Part shown: piece by piece, positions 16,432-25,452 of the stretch | How the letters are laid out: every line of letters starts with the position of its first letter | How positions within the stretch are numbered: the stretch's first letter is position 1 | Origin: a virus | Taxonomy: Duplodnaviria; Caudoviricetes | IMG/VR virus record: IMGVR_UViG_3300037247_001852 | Span: 1 to 60,189 of that record | Reading direction: 5' to 3' (one strand) | Length of the DNA stretch: 60,189 bases | Notes under the pieces: model-generated | The model's input: the letters and a program-made list of their open reading frames with translations, nothing else | What the model was told of the DNA's origin: nothing | Database searches by the model: none | Program-made: the position numbers and the translations under genes

Positions 16432-16964
16432 GACGGCTTGCCCGACCACGTGTACTGGCACTTGGGGCACTCGTAGTCGACGGTCACGTTGCGATCGAAG
16501 CTCGGGAAGTCCGGCGGCGGCGTGAGCTGCTTGGGCGACACCGACGCGAGCAGCGCGTCGAGCCGCATCCCGCCGAACGCGGCCTTGCCGATCCCCCTGG
16601 AGACCTGGCCGAGGAGAACCGTCACGTCGCCGGTGAACCGGCCCTGGATCTCCGGGTTGTTCAGCGTGGCGTTGAGCCCCTTCTCGTCCGCCGGCTTCAG
16701 GTCGACGATCACGACCGGGCACTTCTCGACCCCCGCGGCCTGCAGCACCTTGAGCCGCTGGTGACCGCCGACGACGAACCCCGTCCGCTTGTTGTAGACG
16801 ATCAGGTCGACCAGGCCGTAGCGCTCCATCGCGGCCTGGAGCCCGGCCAGCGCGTCCTCGGTGATCTCGCGGGGGTTGTACGCCGCCGGCTTCAGGTCGG
16901 CGACTTCCATCACGGCGATCTCCGGGATGACGATCGCCAGCTTCTTCTTCCTCTTGCCTGCCAC
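16428..16964 (-). CDS. ParB-like N-terminal domain protein (methylase-associated type) with C-terminal Zn ribbon
   Basis: LKPAAYNPR, YGLVDLIVYN, VVGGHQRL, CPKCQYTW. Confidence 0.85.
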   Translation of the reverse strand: MAGKRKKKLAIVIPEIAVMEVADLKPAAYNPREITEDALAGLQAAMERYGLVDLIVYNKRTGFVVGGHQRLKVLQAAGVEKCPVVIVDLKPADEKGLNATLNNPEIQGRFTGDVTVLLGQVSRGIGKAAFGGMRLDALLASVSPKQLTPPPDFPSFDRNVTVDYECPKCQYTWSGKPS

Positions 16965-16973
16965 CGCTCTACC

Positions 16974-17720
16974 TTACAACGGTTTGAGCAGCTTGATCGG
17001 GAACGGTCGCTCGTCCGTCGGCGCCTGCGGCGTGTCGAACGGCAGGACCTTCCACCACGACTTCGCCCGGCCGCACTCCTCGCCGGACGCGTCCCACCGG
17101 AACCCGTGCTGCTTGGCGAGCTCGTTGTCCTCGAACCGCTGCTGGCCCTGGAAGACCGCCCGCGGCTTGAGAGCCCGGGCGACCTGGTCCTCGAGGTCGT
17201 CCACCTGCTTGAGCAGCTCGACGATCATCATCACGTCGGCGAGCGCGCGGTGCTGCGTGCCGACCGGGATCCCGTGGTCCAGGCACAGGTGCGCGAGGTG
17301 CCGGCACGGCCGCCGGTCCTTCATCTTCGGCCAGGTGATGTCCTGCTCGGTGCAGACCCAAGGGATCGCGACGCCGTCGTTGTCGGACAGGGGCTCTTCG
17401 AAGAAGGCCTCGACGAACCCTTGATCGAACTTCGCGACGTGGGCGACCAGCGCGGCCACTGGCGTCTGCCGCAGCACGTCCAGGAACGGCTCGAGCAGGC
17501 CGGTGCCGAGGTCCTCGGCGACCGCGCACATGCTGGCGAGCAACTCAGGACTGATGCCGTTGATGTGCGCCGCCTCGTTGCTCGTCCCGGGGATCAGCGT
17601 CGAGAACGCCCAGAGCAGGCCGCGGTTCTCGACGTCGAAGAGCGCGCACCCGAACTCGACCATCGGGTCTTTGCCGGTCTCGAGGCCACCGGTCTCCACG
17701 TCTAGGATCATCAGGTTCAT
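16974..17720 (-). CDS. DEDDh 3'-5' exonuclease (DnaQ-like)
   Basis: LDVETGGL, AHVAKFD, HRALADV. Confidence 0.9.
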   Translation of the reverse strand: MNLMILDVETGGLETGKDPMVEFGCALFDVENRGLLWAFSTLIPGTSNEAAHINGISPELLASMCAVAEDLGTGLLEPFLDVLRQTPVAALVAHVAKFDQGFVEAFFEEPLSDNDGVAIPWVCTEQDITWPKMKDRRPCRHLAHLCLDHGIPVGTQHRALADVMMIVELLKQVDDLEDQVARALKPRAVFQGQQRFEDNELAKQHGFRWDASGEECGRAKSWWKVLPFDTPQAPTDERPFPIKLLKPL

Positions 17721-18829
17721 CGGTCGTCGCCTCCTTCCAGGTCGAGCTCGGCCTGGGCCCGCTCCTCCGCGAGCGCCTCGGCCTTCTCATCGGCCGTCAT
17801 GTCGCCGCCGTTTATCGGGACGACCTCGGCCACTTCCTCTTCTTCGGGCTCGGTCGAGACCTCGGGCGTCTTCATCCAGTCGGGCTCGCCGCCGCCGGGC
17901 TCCTCCTCGGCCGGCTCCTCCTCGACGATCTCCGCGTCCTCGACGTCGTCGGCGTTGAACACCTCCTCCGGCGGCCGCGTCGGGACCGTGTCCGGGTCCA
18001 CCGCCTGCGACTCGCGCCCGGCCTCGGCCTTCGCGCGCATCCGGTCCTTGAGCGACGTCGCCTTCTCGACCGCGTCCTCAGGCGTGTCCACGACGACGGC
18101 CGGGCCCATGTCGATCTCGTCGACCTGCTCGCTGACCTCGCCGAAGTCGTACAGGCCCATGACGACGTCCGGGTACTCGCGCCGGCCGAGTTCGGCCTGG
18201 GCGCGCCGTTCGCACATGTTCAACTCGAACTTATGCCAGTTGTTGTTCTCGCGCTTCCACTCAGTGTCGCCCTTGTCGTAGAGCTTCGCGTCGATCGCGC
18301 GCTGGCGATCCCACGTGCAGGCCGCCTCCCTCCCCTCCGGCCAGCCCTTGCGGCGCGTGACGTACGTGGCGAAGGCTTCGCCCTCGTCGTCGTAGCCTGA
18401 CTCCTTGCAGTAGAAGTACTCGGCCTTGCCGGACTTCAGGATCATCGCGCCGATCAGATGCGCGCCGGCCTCGGCCTTGCCCTCGATAAGGTGGATATTC
18501 CCGATCGCCTGGAGCGGCGTGAGCCCCAACTCGCGGCCCTTGAGGATGACGAGCAGGGTGTTGTACGGCTTGCCGCGCAGGTCCTTCGGCACGAGCGTGG
18601 CCGAGGAGATGTACCTCGCGAGCCGGAGCGACTCGGTCACGTCCTTCGGCTCGAACGGCACCGGCAGCAGCGACGACGGCGCTGGTGTTCCGTTGGCCGC
18701 CTTCGGCTCCTCGGGCTTGGGCTCCTCGCGCCCCTCGACGGGCTCTGGCTCTACCTCGGGGGCGGGGTTCTCGTTGTCGGTCTGCTCGGTCATGGGGATC
18801 TCCTTGAGCAATTGGTTCGGATCAGACAC
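17717..18829 (-). CDS. RecT/Red-beta-like ssDNA annealing protein
   Basis: LVPKDLRGKP...GRELGLTP...IHLIEGK...W...M...R..YPDVVMGLY; acidic tail; adjacent to YqaJ. Confidence 0.8.
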   Translation of the reverse strand: MSDPNQLLKEIPMTEQTDNENPAPEVEPEPVEGREEPKPEEPKAANGTPAPSSLLPVPFEPKDVTESLRLARYISSATLVPKDLRGKPYNTLLVILKGRELGLTPLQAIGNIHLIEGKAEAGAHLIGAMILKSGKAEYFYCKESGYDDEGEAFATYVTRRKGWPEGREAACTWDRQRAIDAKLYDKGDTEWKRENNNWHKFELNMCERRAQAELGRREYPDVVMGLYDFGEVSEQVDEIDMGPAVVVDTPEDAVEKATSLKDRMRAKAEAGRESQAVDPDTVPTRPPEEVFNADDVEDAEIVEEEPAEEEPGGGEPDWMKTPEVSTEPEEEEVAEVVPINGGDMTADEKAEALAEERAQAELDLEGGDDR

Positions 18830-18844
18830 CTCGCGCGAGGCGAG

Positions 18845-19948
18845 CTATTTGATCCCGCGCGTCCACGCGGGGGTATAGAGCTGGCGGTAGTCGGGGAGAG
18901 CGTACTCGGCCTCGAGGTCGGCGCGTTCGCGGGCGTGCAGGTCGAGCCGGTCGTACAGGTGCTCGCGCAGCTCCTTGTCGCGGAACTTCCCGGACCGGCG
19001 CTGCTTCCACTGGAGCTTGCCGACCTCGGTGTGGACGCCGAGGTGCTCGCCGATCTCCCCCTTGAGGAGGTTCTCCAGCTCCTTCTTCCGGTCCTCGAGC
19101 CTCTTGCGGGCGATCTTGACGTCCTTCAGCTCGAGCGCCCACTCCTCGATCGACGCGGTCGGCGCGATCATCTCCGCGTCGTGGAGCGTGAAGCGCGCGT
19201 TGAGGTAGCGGGTGAACGACTCCGTCCCGTCCGGGTCCGGCTGGACGCCGGCCAGCACGTGCTTGGTCCAGAAGCGCTCGGCCTCCTCGAGCATGTACGC
19301 CTCCATCTCGCGGTCGCGCGGGATGTCGAAGATCCGGTGCTGGTGGGTGTCGATGAGCGCGGCGGCCTTCCACGAGTCGAGGTCCGTCAGCGACTGGTAC
19401 CACGCGCACTGGATGCGGACGCGGCCGGGAACCGGGTCTTCGCCCTGGCGCTGGTAGTCGAGCCCGGCGTAGTGGCCGTGGCTCTTGATCTCCACGCCGC
19501 CGGTCGGGCCGATCCGACGCAGCTCCTCGGCGAGCGTCGCGTGGTGATGCTCGGCCTCGGTCCGCGCCTCGAGGGCGGCTCCCTCGGCCGTGTAGAAGTA
19601 GCCGTTCCAGTCGCCGGGTTCGTCCGCGGCGTGCTCGCCCTCGACCAGGCCGACGTCGTAGACGAGGCGGTCCGGGGATCCGAGCTGCCACGGCCTGTCC
19701 GCGTGCCGGAAGGAGAGCGGGTCGCTCGGCAGCAGGATCACCCCGAGCTTCACCGCGGTCCGCTGCGCGATGATCGGCTCGAGGATGTTCCCCCACTCGG
19801 TGCGCTCGTTGCCGGCGAAGTCGTCGCCCTCGCCCGTCTTGTCCAGGAACACGTCGATCGGGCCGCGACCGGAGACCTCTCCGAACAGCTTGGCGACGTC
19901 GGTGCCGCCGAGCCCTGACCGTCGAAACTCCTTGCGTTCTGCGTCCAT
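18845..19948 (-). CDS. YqaJ/lambda-exonuclease family viral recombinase
   Basis: RRSGLGGTD, WGNILEP, GSPD, VEIK, IQCAWY, FW..HV. Confidence 0.9.
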   Translation of the reverse strand: MDAERKEFRRSGLGGTDVAKLFGEVSGRGPIDVFLDKTGEGDDFAGNERTEWGNILEPIIAQRTAVKLGVILLPSDPLSFRHADRPWQLGSPDRLVYDVGLVEGEHAADEPGDWNGYFYTAEGAALEARTEAEHHHATLAEELRRIGPTGGVEIKSHGHYAGLDYQRQGEDPVPGRVRIQCAWYQSLTDLDSWKAAALIDTHQHRIFDIPRDREMEAYMLEEAERFWTKHVLAGVQPDPDGTESFTRYLNARFTLHDAEMIAPTASIEEWALELKDVKIARKRLEDRKKELENLLKGEIGEHLGVHTEVGKLQWKQRRSGKFRDKELREHLYDRLDLHARERADLEAEYALPDYRQLYTPAWTRGIK

Positions 19949-20056
19949 GCCTATCCCTCCTGTTGTTGAGATCCCTCTTGTACGTCGCCGGTATGACTTT
20001 CCCGCCGGACCCGGAATAAGTTGCCCGCGCCGCGCGCGCCGTGTTGTAGTGGCCTC

Positions 20057-20326
20057 GTGGCGACGAACGGCAAGCGGCGGCGCGGGCGACCGCGCGTCCA
20101 TCCGATCTCCCCGACCGAGTTCGGCCGGTGGGTCGACGCGCGGGGGCTGAACACTCCGGACGTACTCCGGATCTTCGCGGAGACCGCCGCGGCGATGGAG
20201 CTCGACGTCGAACTGCGCAAGACCGCCTACTACGACTTGCGCAACGGGCAGTACTCGCCGGCGATCCCGACGATGAAGGTCATCAAGCGGATGACCTCCG
20301 GAGCGATCTCCGTCGACCAGTGGTGA
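20057..20326 (+). CDS. Cro/XRE-like HTH regulator with AT-hook-like N-terminus
   Basis: RRGRPR; YDLRNGQYSP...IKRMTSGAISVDQW; divergent from the recombination arm. Confidence 0.7.
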   Translation: MATNGKRRRGRPRVHPISPTEFGRWVDARGLNTPDVLRIFAETAAAMELDVELRKTAYYDLRNGQYSPAIPTMKVIKRMTSGAISVDQW

Positions 20327-20514
20327 AAAATAAACATGATTTCGGGGGTTCCCAAGTCGCTCCGCGATCCGGTATAGAGAATCCACGTGACGAGACCGGG
20401 CCCCTCTGAGCTCTCCAGCGAGCGCGCGACGCCCGCGTCGTCGTTGTTCCTGCCCGGTCCGACGTTCGTCGCGGTTCGTTCGCGCGTTCTCTGGAGGGTT
20501 CCGGGGTCGTCGGG

Positions 20515-21375
20515 GTGGAGTTCGTAGCCGTCAACGTAGCCGGAACTACCGGCCCGGACTGGCTGCGGAGGGACCCCGCGCTGCGCGGCCACTGGCACGC
20601 GCTCATCTCGTTCTGCGCGCTACGCGAGAACGGCGGGACCGTCGTCGGCGCCGCGACCTGGACGAACCGCGACTGGGACCGCACCGCCGGCGTCACCAAG
20701 GCCGCGCTCCGGAAGCTGGCGGCCGGTGACGAGCCGCTCGTGCGGTGGGACGGCGACGACCTGGTCGTGCTGGGGTACGACCGAGGGCGGGAAGCCGCCG
20801 CTCTCGCCGCCCGTGAGCGGGGCCGGAACGCGGCCTTGGCGCGCTGGCACGGCGACCAAAAACCAGAGGAGACTCTACCGGAATCATTAGGTTCAGAGGA
20901 TGCGTCCGTAGATGCACCCGCATCTGCTATCGGAGATGCCGGTGCAGATGCCGTCGGCACTACAGATCAGAGTAGAGAAGATCAGAGCAGAGAAGAACCT
21001 GTCAGCGGCTCCGCCGCGACCGGGCCGGAGATTCCGGAGTTGGCGTGGCGGTGCGCCGACTACCTGCGCAAGCACGTCCTCCGGAGCAACCCGACGAACA
21101 AGCTGTCCAAGGTCGACCCGTGGGAGGGCTCCAAGAACCGGAAGGACTGGGCCGACACGTTCCGGCTAATGGTCGAGCGCGACCCGGCCGACCGGACCTA
21201 CGCCGCGATCAAGGACTCTGTCTGCTGGCTGTTCACGCAGCCGAACAACTTCGTGGTCTGGAGCGCTGGATCACTCCGGAAGAAGTGGGACAACGTGCGC
21301 CACGCGATGAACAGACCGGTCGACCGCAAGCCGGACTCCGGCGCGGGCGGGCCCAAGCTCAAGGCGATCCAATGA
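20515..21375 (+). CDS. Phage replication initiator protein (start uncertain)
   Basis: N-terminal wHTH-like region, QSREDQSREE linker, C-terminal SAGSLRKKWD motif; ATGA overlap with DnaB. Confidence 0.7.
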   Translation: MEFVAVNVAGTTGPDWLRRDPALRGHWHALISFCALRENGGTVVGAATWTNRDWDRTAGVTKAALRKLAAGDEPLVRWDGDDLVVLGYDRGREAAALAARERGRNAALARWHGDQKPEETLPESLGSEDASVDAPASAIGDAGADAVGTTDQSREDQSREEPVSGSAATGPEIPELAWRCADYLRKHVLRSNPTNKLSKVDPWEGSKNRKDWADTFRLMVERDPADRTYAAIKDSVCWLFTQPNNFVVWSAGSLRKKWDNVRHAMNRPVDRKPDSGAGGPKLKAIQ

Positions 21376-22790
21376 GCGAGCGCGTCCTGCCCCACAGCGC
21401 CGAGGCCGAGCGCTCCCTCTTGGGCGCGGTCTTCCTCCGCGAGGAGATCGTGAAGTGGGCGAACGTCGAGCCGCGGCAGTTCTACGACCCGCGCCACCGC
21501 GCCGTCTGGGAAGCGATGCGCACCCTCGCGGCCAAGGACGTCGGGATCGACGCGACCACCATGGAGACGGAGCTGCGGCGGGCGGAGAAGCTGGAGGCGA
21601 TCGGCGGGCTCGCGTACTTGTCCGAGGTCGTCGTCCACGTCCCCACGGCCGACAACGTCGAGCACTACATCAAGATCATCCGGGACAAGTACGTCTCGCG
21701 CGAGGTCATGCTCCGGCTCGCGGACGCCTACAAGCTCGCGGACTCCAAGGAGGCCGAGGGCGACGAGCTCCTCAACCGCGTCACGGAGCTGATCGGGTCG
21801 ATCGAGCCGAGCGCGAGGCCGGCCGGCGAGCGCATCGGTGACATCGTCATGCGCGAGGCCATCGAGACCGCCAAGCTAGCGGACCGCCGGGCCAGGGGCG
21901 AGGACGTGTACGTCGGCGTGCCGACAGGGTACCCGAAGCTCGACCGCCTCACCGGCGGCATCCCGTTCGGGATCCTCACCGTGCTCGCCGCTCGGCCCGC
22001 GATGGGCAAGACGACGCTCGCGATGAACATCGCTGACAACGTCGACGCGGCGGGGTACGACGTGGACTACTTCACGCTCGAGGACCTCAAGCGCAGCTTC
22101 GCGCACCGGAAGATAGCGTCCGGCGCGCGGGTCTCCGGCGAGGCCATACGGAACCTGTCGCTGTCGCCGGGCGAGTGGTCGCGCGCGATGGCCGCGGCCA
22201 ACCGGATCAAGGCCGAGGGGAACTGGTGGCTGGAGGAGGCCGCCGGGATGACCGCGGACGACATCATCCGGTCGGCGCGGTCGCGCAAGCGCACCGGCAG
22301 CAAGGGGCGCCTGATGATCGTGGACTACGTCCAACTCCTGGAGTGGCCGCCGCACGCCAGGAGCGAGAACGACGCGATCACGTACTCGGTGCGCAAGTTC
22401 AACAGGTACGCCGCCGAGGGCAACGCCGTGATCCTGCTGTCGCAGCTCAACCGCGAGCCGGAGAAGCGCGAGGACCACCGGCCGCGGCAGTCGGACCTGC
22501 GAGGATCGGGCGAGCTCGAGCAGCAGGGCAAGCTGATCCTGATGAACTACCACGAGGCGAGCTACAAGGACGCCGACGAACTGCCGCCGGACGAGCGCGA
22601 GGCCTACGTGTCGAAGCTCGAGGTCATCGTCCGCAAGAACCACAACGGCGAGAACAACCTCTACGCCGAGCTCCACTGGGACCGGCCGACCTACCGGATC
22701 GTCAACTCGTGGTCCGATGTTCCACGTAGCACATACGAGCAACAGGAACCGCCGGCGCCACCGCCGCCGGACGGCGACGTACCGTTCTAG
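21372..22790 (+). CDS. dnaB: Replicative DNA helicase, DnaB family
   Basis: LPHSAEAERSLLG, ARPAMGKT, IVDYVQL, LSQLNR, SDLRGSGELEQ. Confidence 0.95.
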   Translation: MSERVLPHSAEAERSLLGAVFLREEIVKWANVEPRQFYDPRHRAVWEAMRTLAAKDVGIDATTMETELRRAEKLEAIGGLAYLSEVVVHVPTADNVEHYIKIIRDKYVSREVMLRLADAYKLADSKEAEGDELLNRVTELIGSIEPSARPAGERIGDIVMREAIETAKLADRRARGEDVYVGVPTGYPKLDRLTGGIPFGILTVLAARPAMGKTTLAMNIADNVDAAGYDVDYFTLEDLKRSFAHRKIASGARVSGEAIRNLSLSPGEWSRAMAAANRIKAEGNWWLEEAAGMTADDIIRSARSRKRTGSKGRLMIVDYVQLLEWPPHARSENDAITYSVRKFNRYAAEGNAVILLSQLNREPEKREDHRPRQSDLRGSGELEQQGKLILMNYHEASYKDADELPPDEREAYVSKLEVIVRKNHNGENNLYAELHWDRPTYRIVNSWSDVPRSTYEQQEPPAPPPPDGDVPF

Positions 22791-22802
22791 GGAGGGACAA
22801 CC

Positions 22803-23336
22803 GTGAAGAAGAGATACAAAGTCGTGCTCGCGGACCCGCCGTGGAAGTTCCGCAACCAGGGCAACCGATCGAGCCCGGCCTACCAGGGGCACTACGAGCC
22901 GATGACGGTCGATCAGATCATGGCGCTGGGCCTGTTCGTCCAGGGCGTCTGCCGCCCGGACGCGGCGCTGTTCCTGTGGACGCCGGCGTCGATCCTGCTC
23001 GACGGCGACGCGACGGCGGTCGCCCGGGCGTGGGGGTTCGAGCCCAAGCAGATCATCCCGTGGGAGAAGACGACCGCCGACGGCGAGCGGCCGGCGATCG
23101 GGATGGGCAACTACACCCGGGTCTGCGCCGAGTACATGATCCTCGCGGTCCGCCGCCGCCCGCCGGTGCTCGACCACGGCGTGCCCGGGGTCATCCGCTC
23201 GCCGCGCCGGGGCCACAGCGAGAAGCCGCCCGAGAGCTACCAGCTGATCGAGCGACTCTTCGCCGGCCCGTACCTCGAGATGTTCGCGCGCCGCAAGTAT
23301 TCGGCCGCCTGGGACACCTGGGGCGACGAGTGCTAG
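22803..23336 (+). CDS. MT-A70 family adenine methyltransferase
   Basis: VLADPPW, LFLW, WGF, HSEKP, YLEMFAR, WGDE. Confidence 0.92.
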   Translation: MKKRYKVVLADPPWKFRNQGNRSSPAYQGHYEPMTVDQIMALGLFVQGVCRPDAALFLWTPASILLDGDATAVARAWGFEPKQIIPWEKTTADGERPAIGMGNYTRVCAEYMILAVRRRPPVLDHGVPGVIRSPRRGHSEKPPESYQLIERLFAGPYLEMFARRKYSAAWDTWGDEC

Positions 23337-23470
23337 CGCCGTGGGTCATCTTCTTCGTGGGCTTCCTGCTGGGCGCCGCGTGCGGAGCGCGAAGCGAGCG
23401 GCGCCGGAGGACCGGGCCGCCCAAACTCGTGGACCGGAACGGCCGGCCGATCGGACGCCGCCGTGGGTAA
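23330..23470 (+). CDS. Small membrane protein
   Basis: WVIFFVGFLLGAACG TM segment followed by a basic tail. Confidence 0.5.
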   Translation: MLAPWVIFFVGFLLGAACGARSERRRRTGPPKLVDRNGRPIGRRRG

Positions 23471-23522
23471 CGGTTGTCATGCGGTCGGTGTAGCTTTCTT
23501 CTTCACGTGAGGAGAAGGTTTC

Positions 23523-24263
23523 ATGCCGTACAGGGATCCCGTGAAAGCACGAGAGTGGGCGCGACGCCGACGAGAGCGCGTCAGGGCCGTGAAGATCGCG
23601 AATGGTTGGGTCGATAGGCGCGGCCGCCACAACAATCATGCGCGCGGATCGAGTCATCCACGCTGGAACGACGGGATTATGACGAATAGCCAGGGCTACG
23701 TCTTGATTCGCGTTCCGGAAGATCACTACCTTCGCTGCAGGGACGGTTACGCGCGCGAGCACCAGGTCGTCGCCGAGAAGAAGATCGGTCGACGACTGAG
23801 GCCTGACGAGATCGTCCACCACAAAAACGACGATAGGACCGATAACCGCCCCGAGAATCTAGAGGTGAAAACCCGATCAGAACACTCGCGAATCCATTGC
23901 CAAGAGCGCTGGGACACGGGCGTTCTTTCTTATAACAAAGGAGATAAAAGTCACATGTCGAAGGCGAAGAAGAAACAGACCGAGATGGTCGGCACCCAGG
24001 CCGACAAGCTGCCCGCGCTGGAGAACGCGATCTGCGACTGGCGCGAGACGGTCGACGAGAGGATGTCGCTCACGGAGCGCGAGATCGAGAGGCGGGACGT
24101 CGTCGACGGCCTCCTGAAGAAGCACGGCTTCACGAGCGGCAAGCCGTACATCTACTCGGACGGGGAGGAGCGCTACAAGGTCTTCCTGCCGACGAGCGAG
24201 GTCCACGCCAAGTGCAAGCGGATCTCGAAGAAGAAGGCCAAGGGCGACGAGGACAACGAGTAG
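23523..24263 (+). CDS. HNH homing endonuclease fused in frame to a downstream protein (own start at 23955)
   Basis: GYV..., REHQVVAE, EIVHHKNDDRTDNRPENL, EH..IH; AAAGGAG RBS before ATG 23955. Confidence 0.85.
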   Translation: MPYRDPVKAREWARRRRERVRAVKIANGWVDRRGRHNNHARGSSHPRWNDGIMTNSQGYVLIRVPEDHYLRCRDGYAREHQVVAEKKIGRRLRPDEIVHHKNDDRTDNRPENLEVKTRSEHSRIHCQERWDTGVLSYNKGDKSHMSKAKKKQTEMVGTQADKLPALENAICDWRETVDERMSLTEREIERRDVVDGLLKKHGFTSGKPYIYSDGEERYKVFLPTSEVHAKCKRISKKKAKGDEDNE

Positions 24264-24994
24264 TGAGCTCGCCCGTCAGGTTCTTCGTCCCCGGGGTGGC
24301 GGCGCCGCAGGGCTCGAAGTCCGCCTTCCCGGGGATGAAGCGCGGCGGCCCGTGCCGCTGCCGGCGCCAGAGCGCCAGCGGCAAGCCGAAGTTCAAGTGC
24401 CGCAAGTGCCTCGGCTTCGGTACCGAGATCAACCTGTGGGTGAACCAGACCGAGTCGTCCAAGCGCGTCGGCCCGTGGCGCGACACCGTGGCCACCGTCG
24501 CGCTGCGGTATCGCGGCCGCAAGTTCAGCTCGCGCGTCCCGCTGCGGCTCGTCCTGGTCTTCGCGTTCTGCCGCCCCCCGAGCCACTTCGGCGCGAGCGG
24601 GCTCTCCAAGGCCGGCAGGTCGATGCCCCGGCCGCAGGGGAAGACGAGCCACGGCGACTACGAGAAGCTCGCTCGGGCCGCTGGCGACGCGCTCACCGGC
24701 GTGCTGTACGCCGACGACGCCGACATCTGCTCGGGGGCGCAGGAGAAGTACTGGACGACCGGACCGACGGGCATGTACGTGAGCATCGGCACGGCCGCGC
24801 GGAACCGCGAGACGCCCGAGACGCTGCTGAGCGCGTTCGGGATGGGCGAGAGCGAGGTCGGTCTGGACGCGGACGACCAGCGACTCGTGCGCGTGGGCGA
24901 CACCGAGCACGGCTACGACCCGACCGACGACGTCGCCGTGATCGCGGCACCCGCGCCGGCGCCGCAGGGATCGCTGTTCGAAGGGGGCGCCTGA
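24263..24994 (+). CDS. rusA: RusA family Holliday junction resolvase
   Basis: FFVPGVAAPQGSK, D-x2-KLARAAGDALTGVLYADDADI. Confidence 0.85.
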   Translation: MSSPVRFFVPGVAAPQGSKSAFPGMKRGGPCRCRRQSASGKPKFKCRKCLGFGTEINLWVNQTESSKRVGPWRDTVATVALRYRGRKFSSRVPLRLVLVFAFCRPPSHFGASGLSKAGRSMPRPQGKTSHGDYEKLARAAGDALTGVLYADDADICSGAQEKYWTTGPTGMYVSIGTAARNRETPETLLSAFGMGESEVGLDADDQRLVRVGDTEHGYDPTDDVAVIAAPAPAPQGSLFEGGA

Positions 24995-25452
24995 TGGGCT
25001 GGGCGCTCCTGCTACTCGCGATGACGTTCGGGGGCGAGCCCGAGCGGTGCGTGGCGTCGAACTTCGGCGGCGCGGCGGACAAGCACCGCGGTGGCAAGAC
25101 GCCCTGCTTCCGGCCGATGCGGCGTGTTCGGGCCGACGACCACGGCATCGCGCACCGAACACTGAAGTGCGGAACCCGCGTACTCATTGTGAATCCCCGG
25201 ACGGGGGACTATTCGGTCACGCGGGTGATCGACCATGGCCCGTACGGCGCCATCCACGAGGGGCGCTGGCTGGTCAAGAAGAGGAGGAGCGACCCCGGTC
25301 GCTGGCGAGGCTGCGCCGACCTGACGTGGCCGGTCGCGCGAGAGCTGGGACACAATGGATTCGAGCCGGTCATCGTGGTACCGCTCGGCACCGAAGGGAC
25401 AGGACATGAGAATCAAAGCAGTAGAAATCGAGAACGTCCAGGCGATCCGTAA
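24994..25452 (+). CDS. RlpA-like double-psi beta-barrel protein (lytic transglycosylase-like), exported
   Basis: Signal-like N-terminus; AS.F, IAHRTLKCGTRVLIVNPRTG, RVIDHGPY, ADLT..VA..LG. Confidence 0.8.
   Translation: MGWALLLLAMTFGGEPERCVASNFGGAADKHRGGKTPCFRPMRRVRADDHGIAHRTLKCGTRVLIVNPRTGDYSVTRVIDHGPYGAIHEGRWLVKKRRSDPGRWRGCADLTWPVARELGHNGFEPVIVVPLGTEGTGHENQSSRNRERPGDP

Noticed and set aside
18845-20386. ORF-track upstream extensions (YqaJ from 20386, DnaB from 21045, MTases from 15280 and 16722, sigma-4 from 36060, ParB from 7180)
   Set aside because: They overlap neighbouring real genes or lack an RBS; starts with an RBS or stop/start coupling lie downstream
21372-22790. Intein or intron in DnaB or terminase
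   Set aside because: Both are of ordinary length with contiguous motifs
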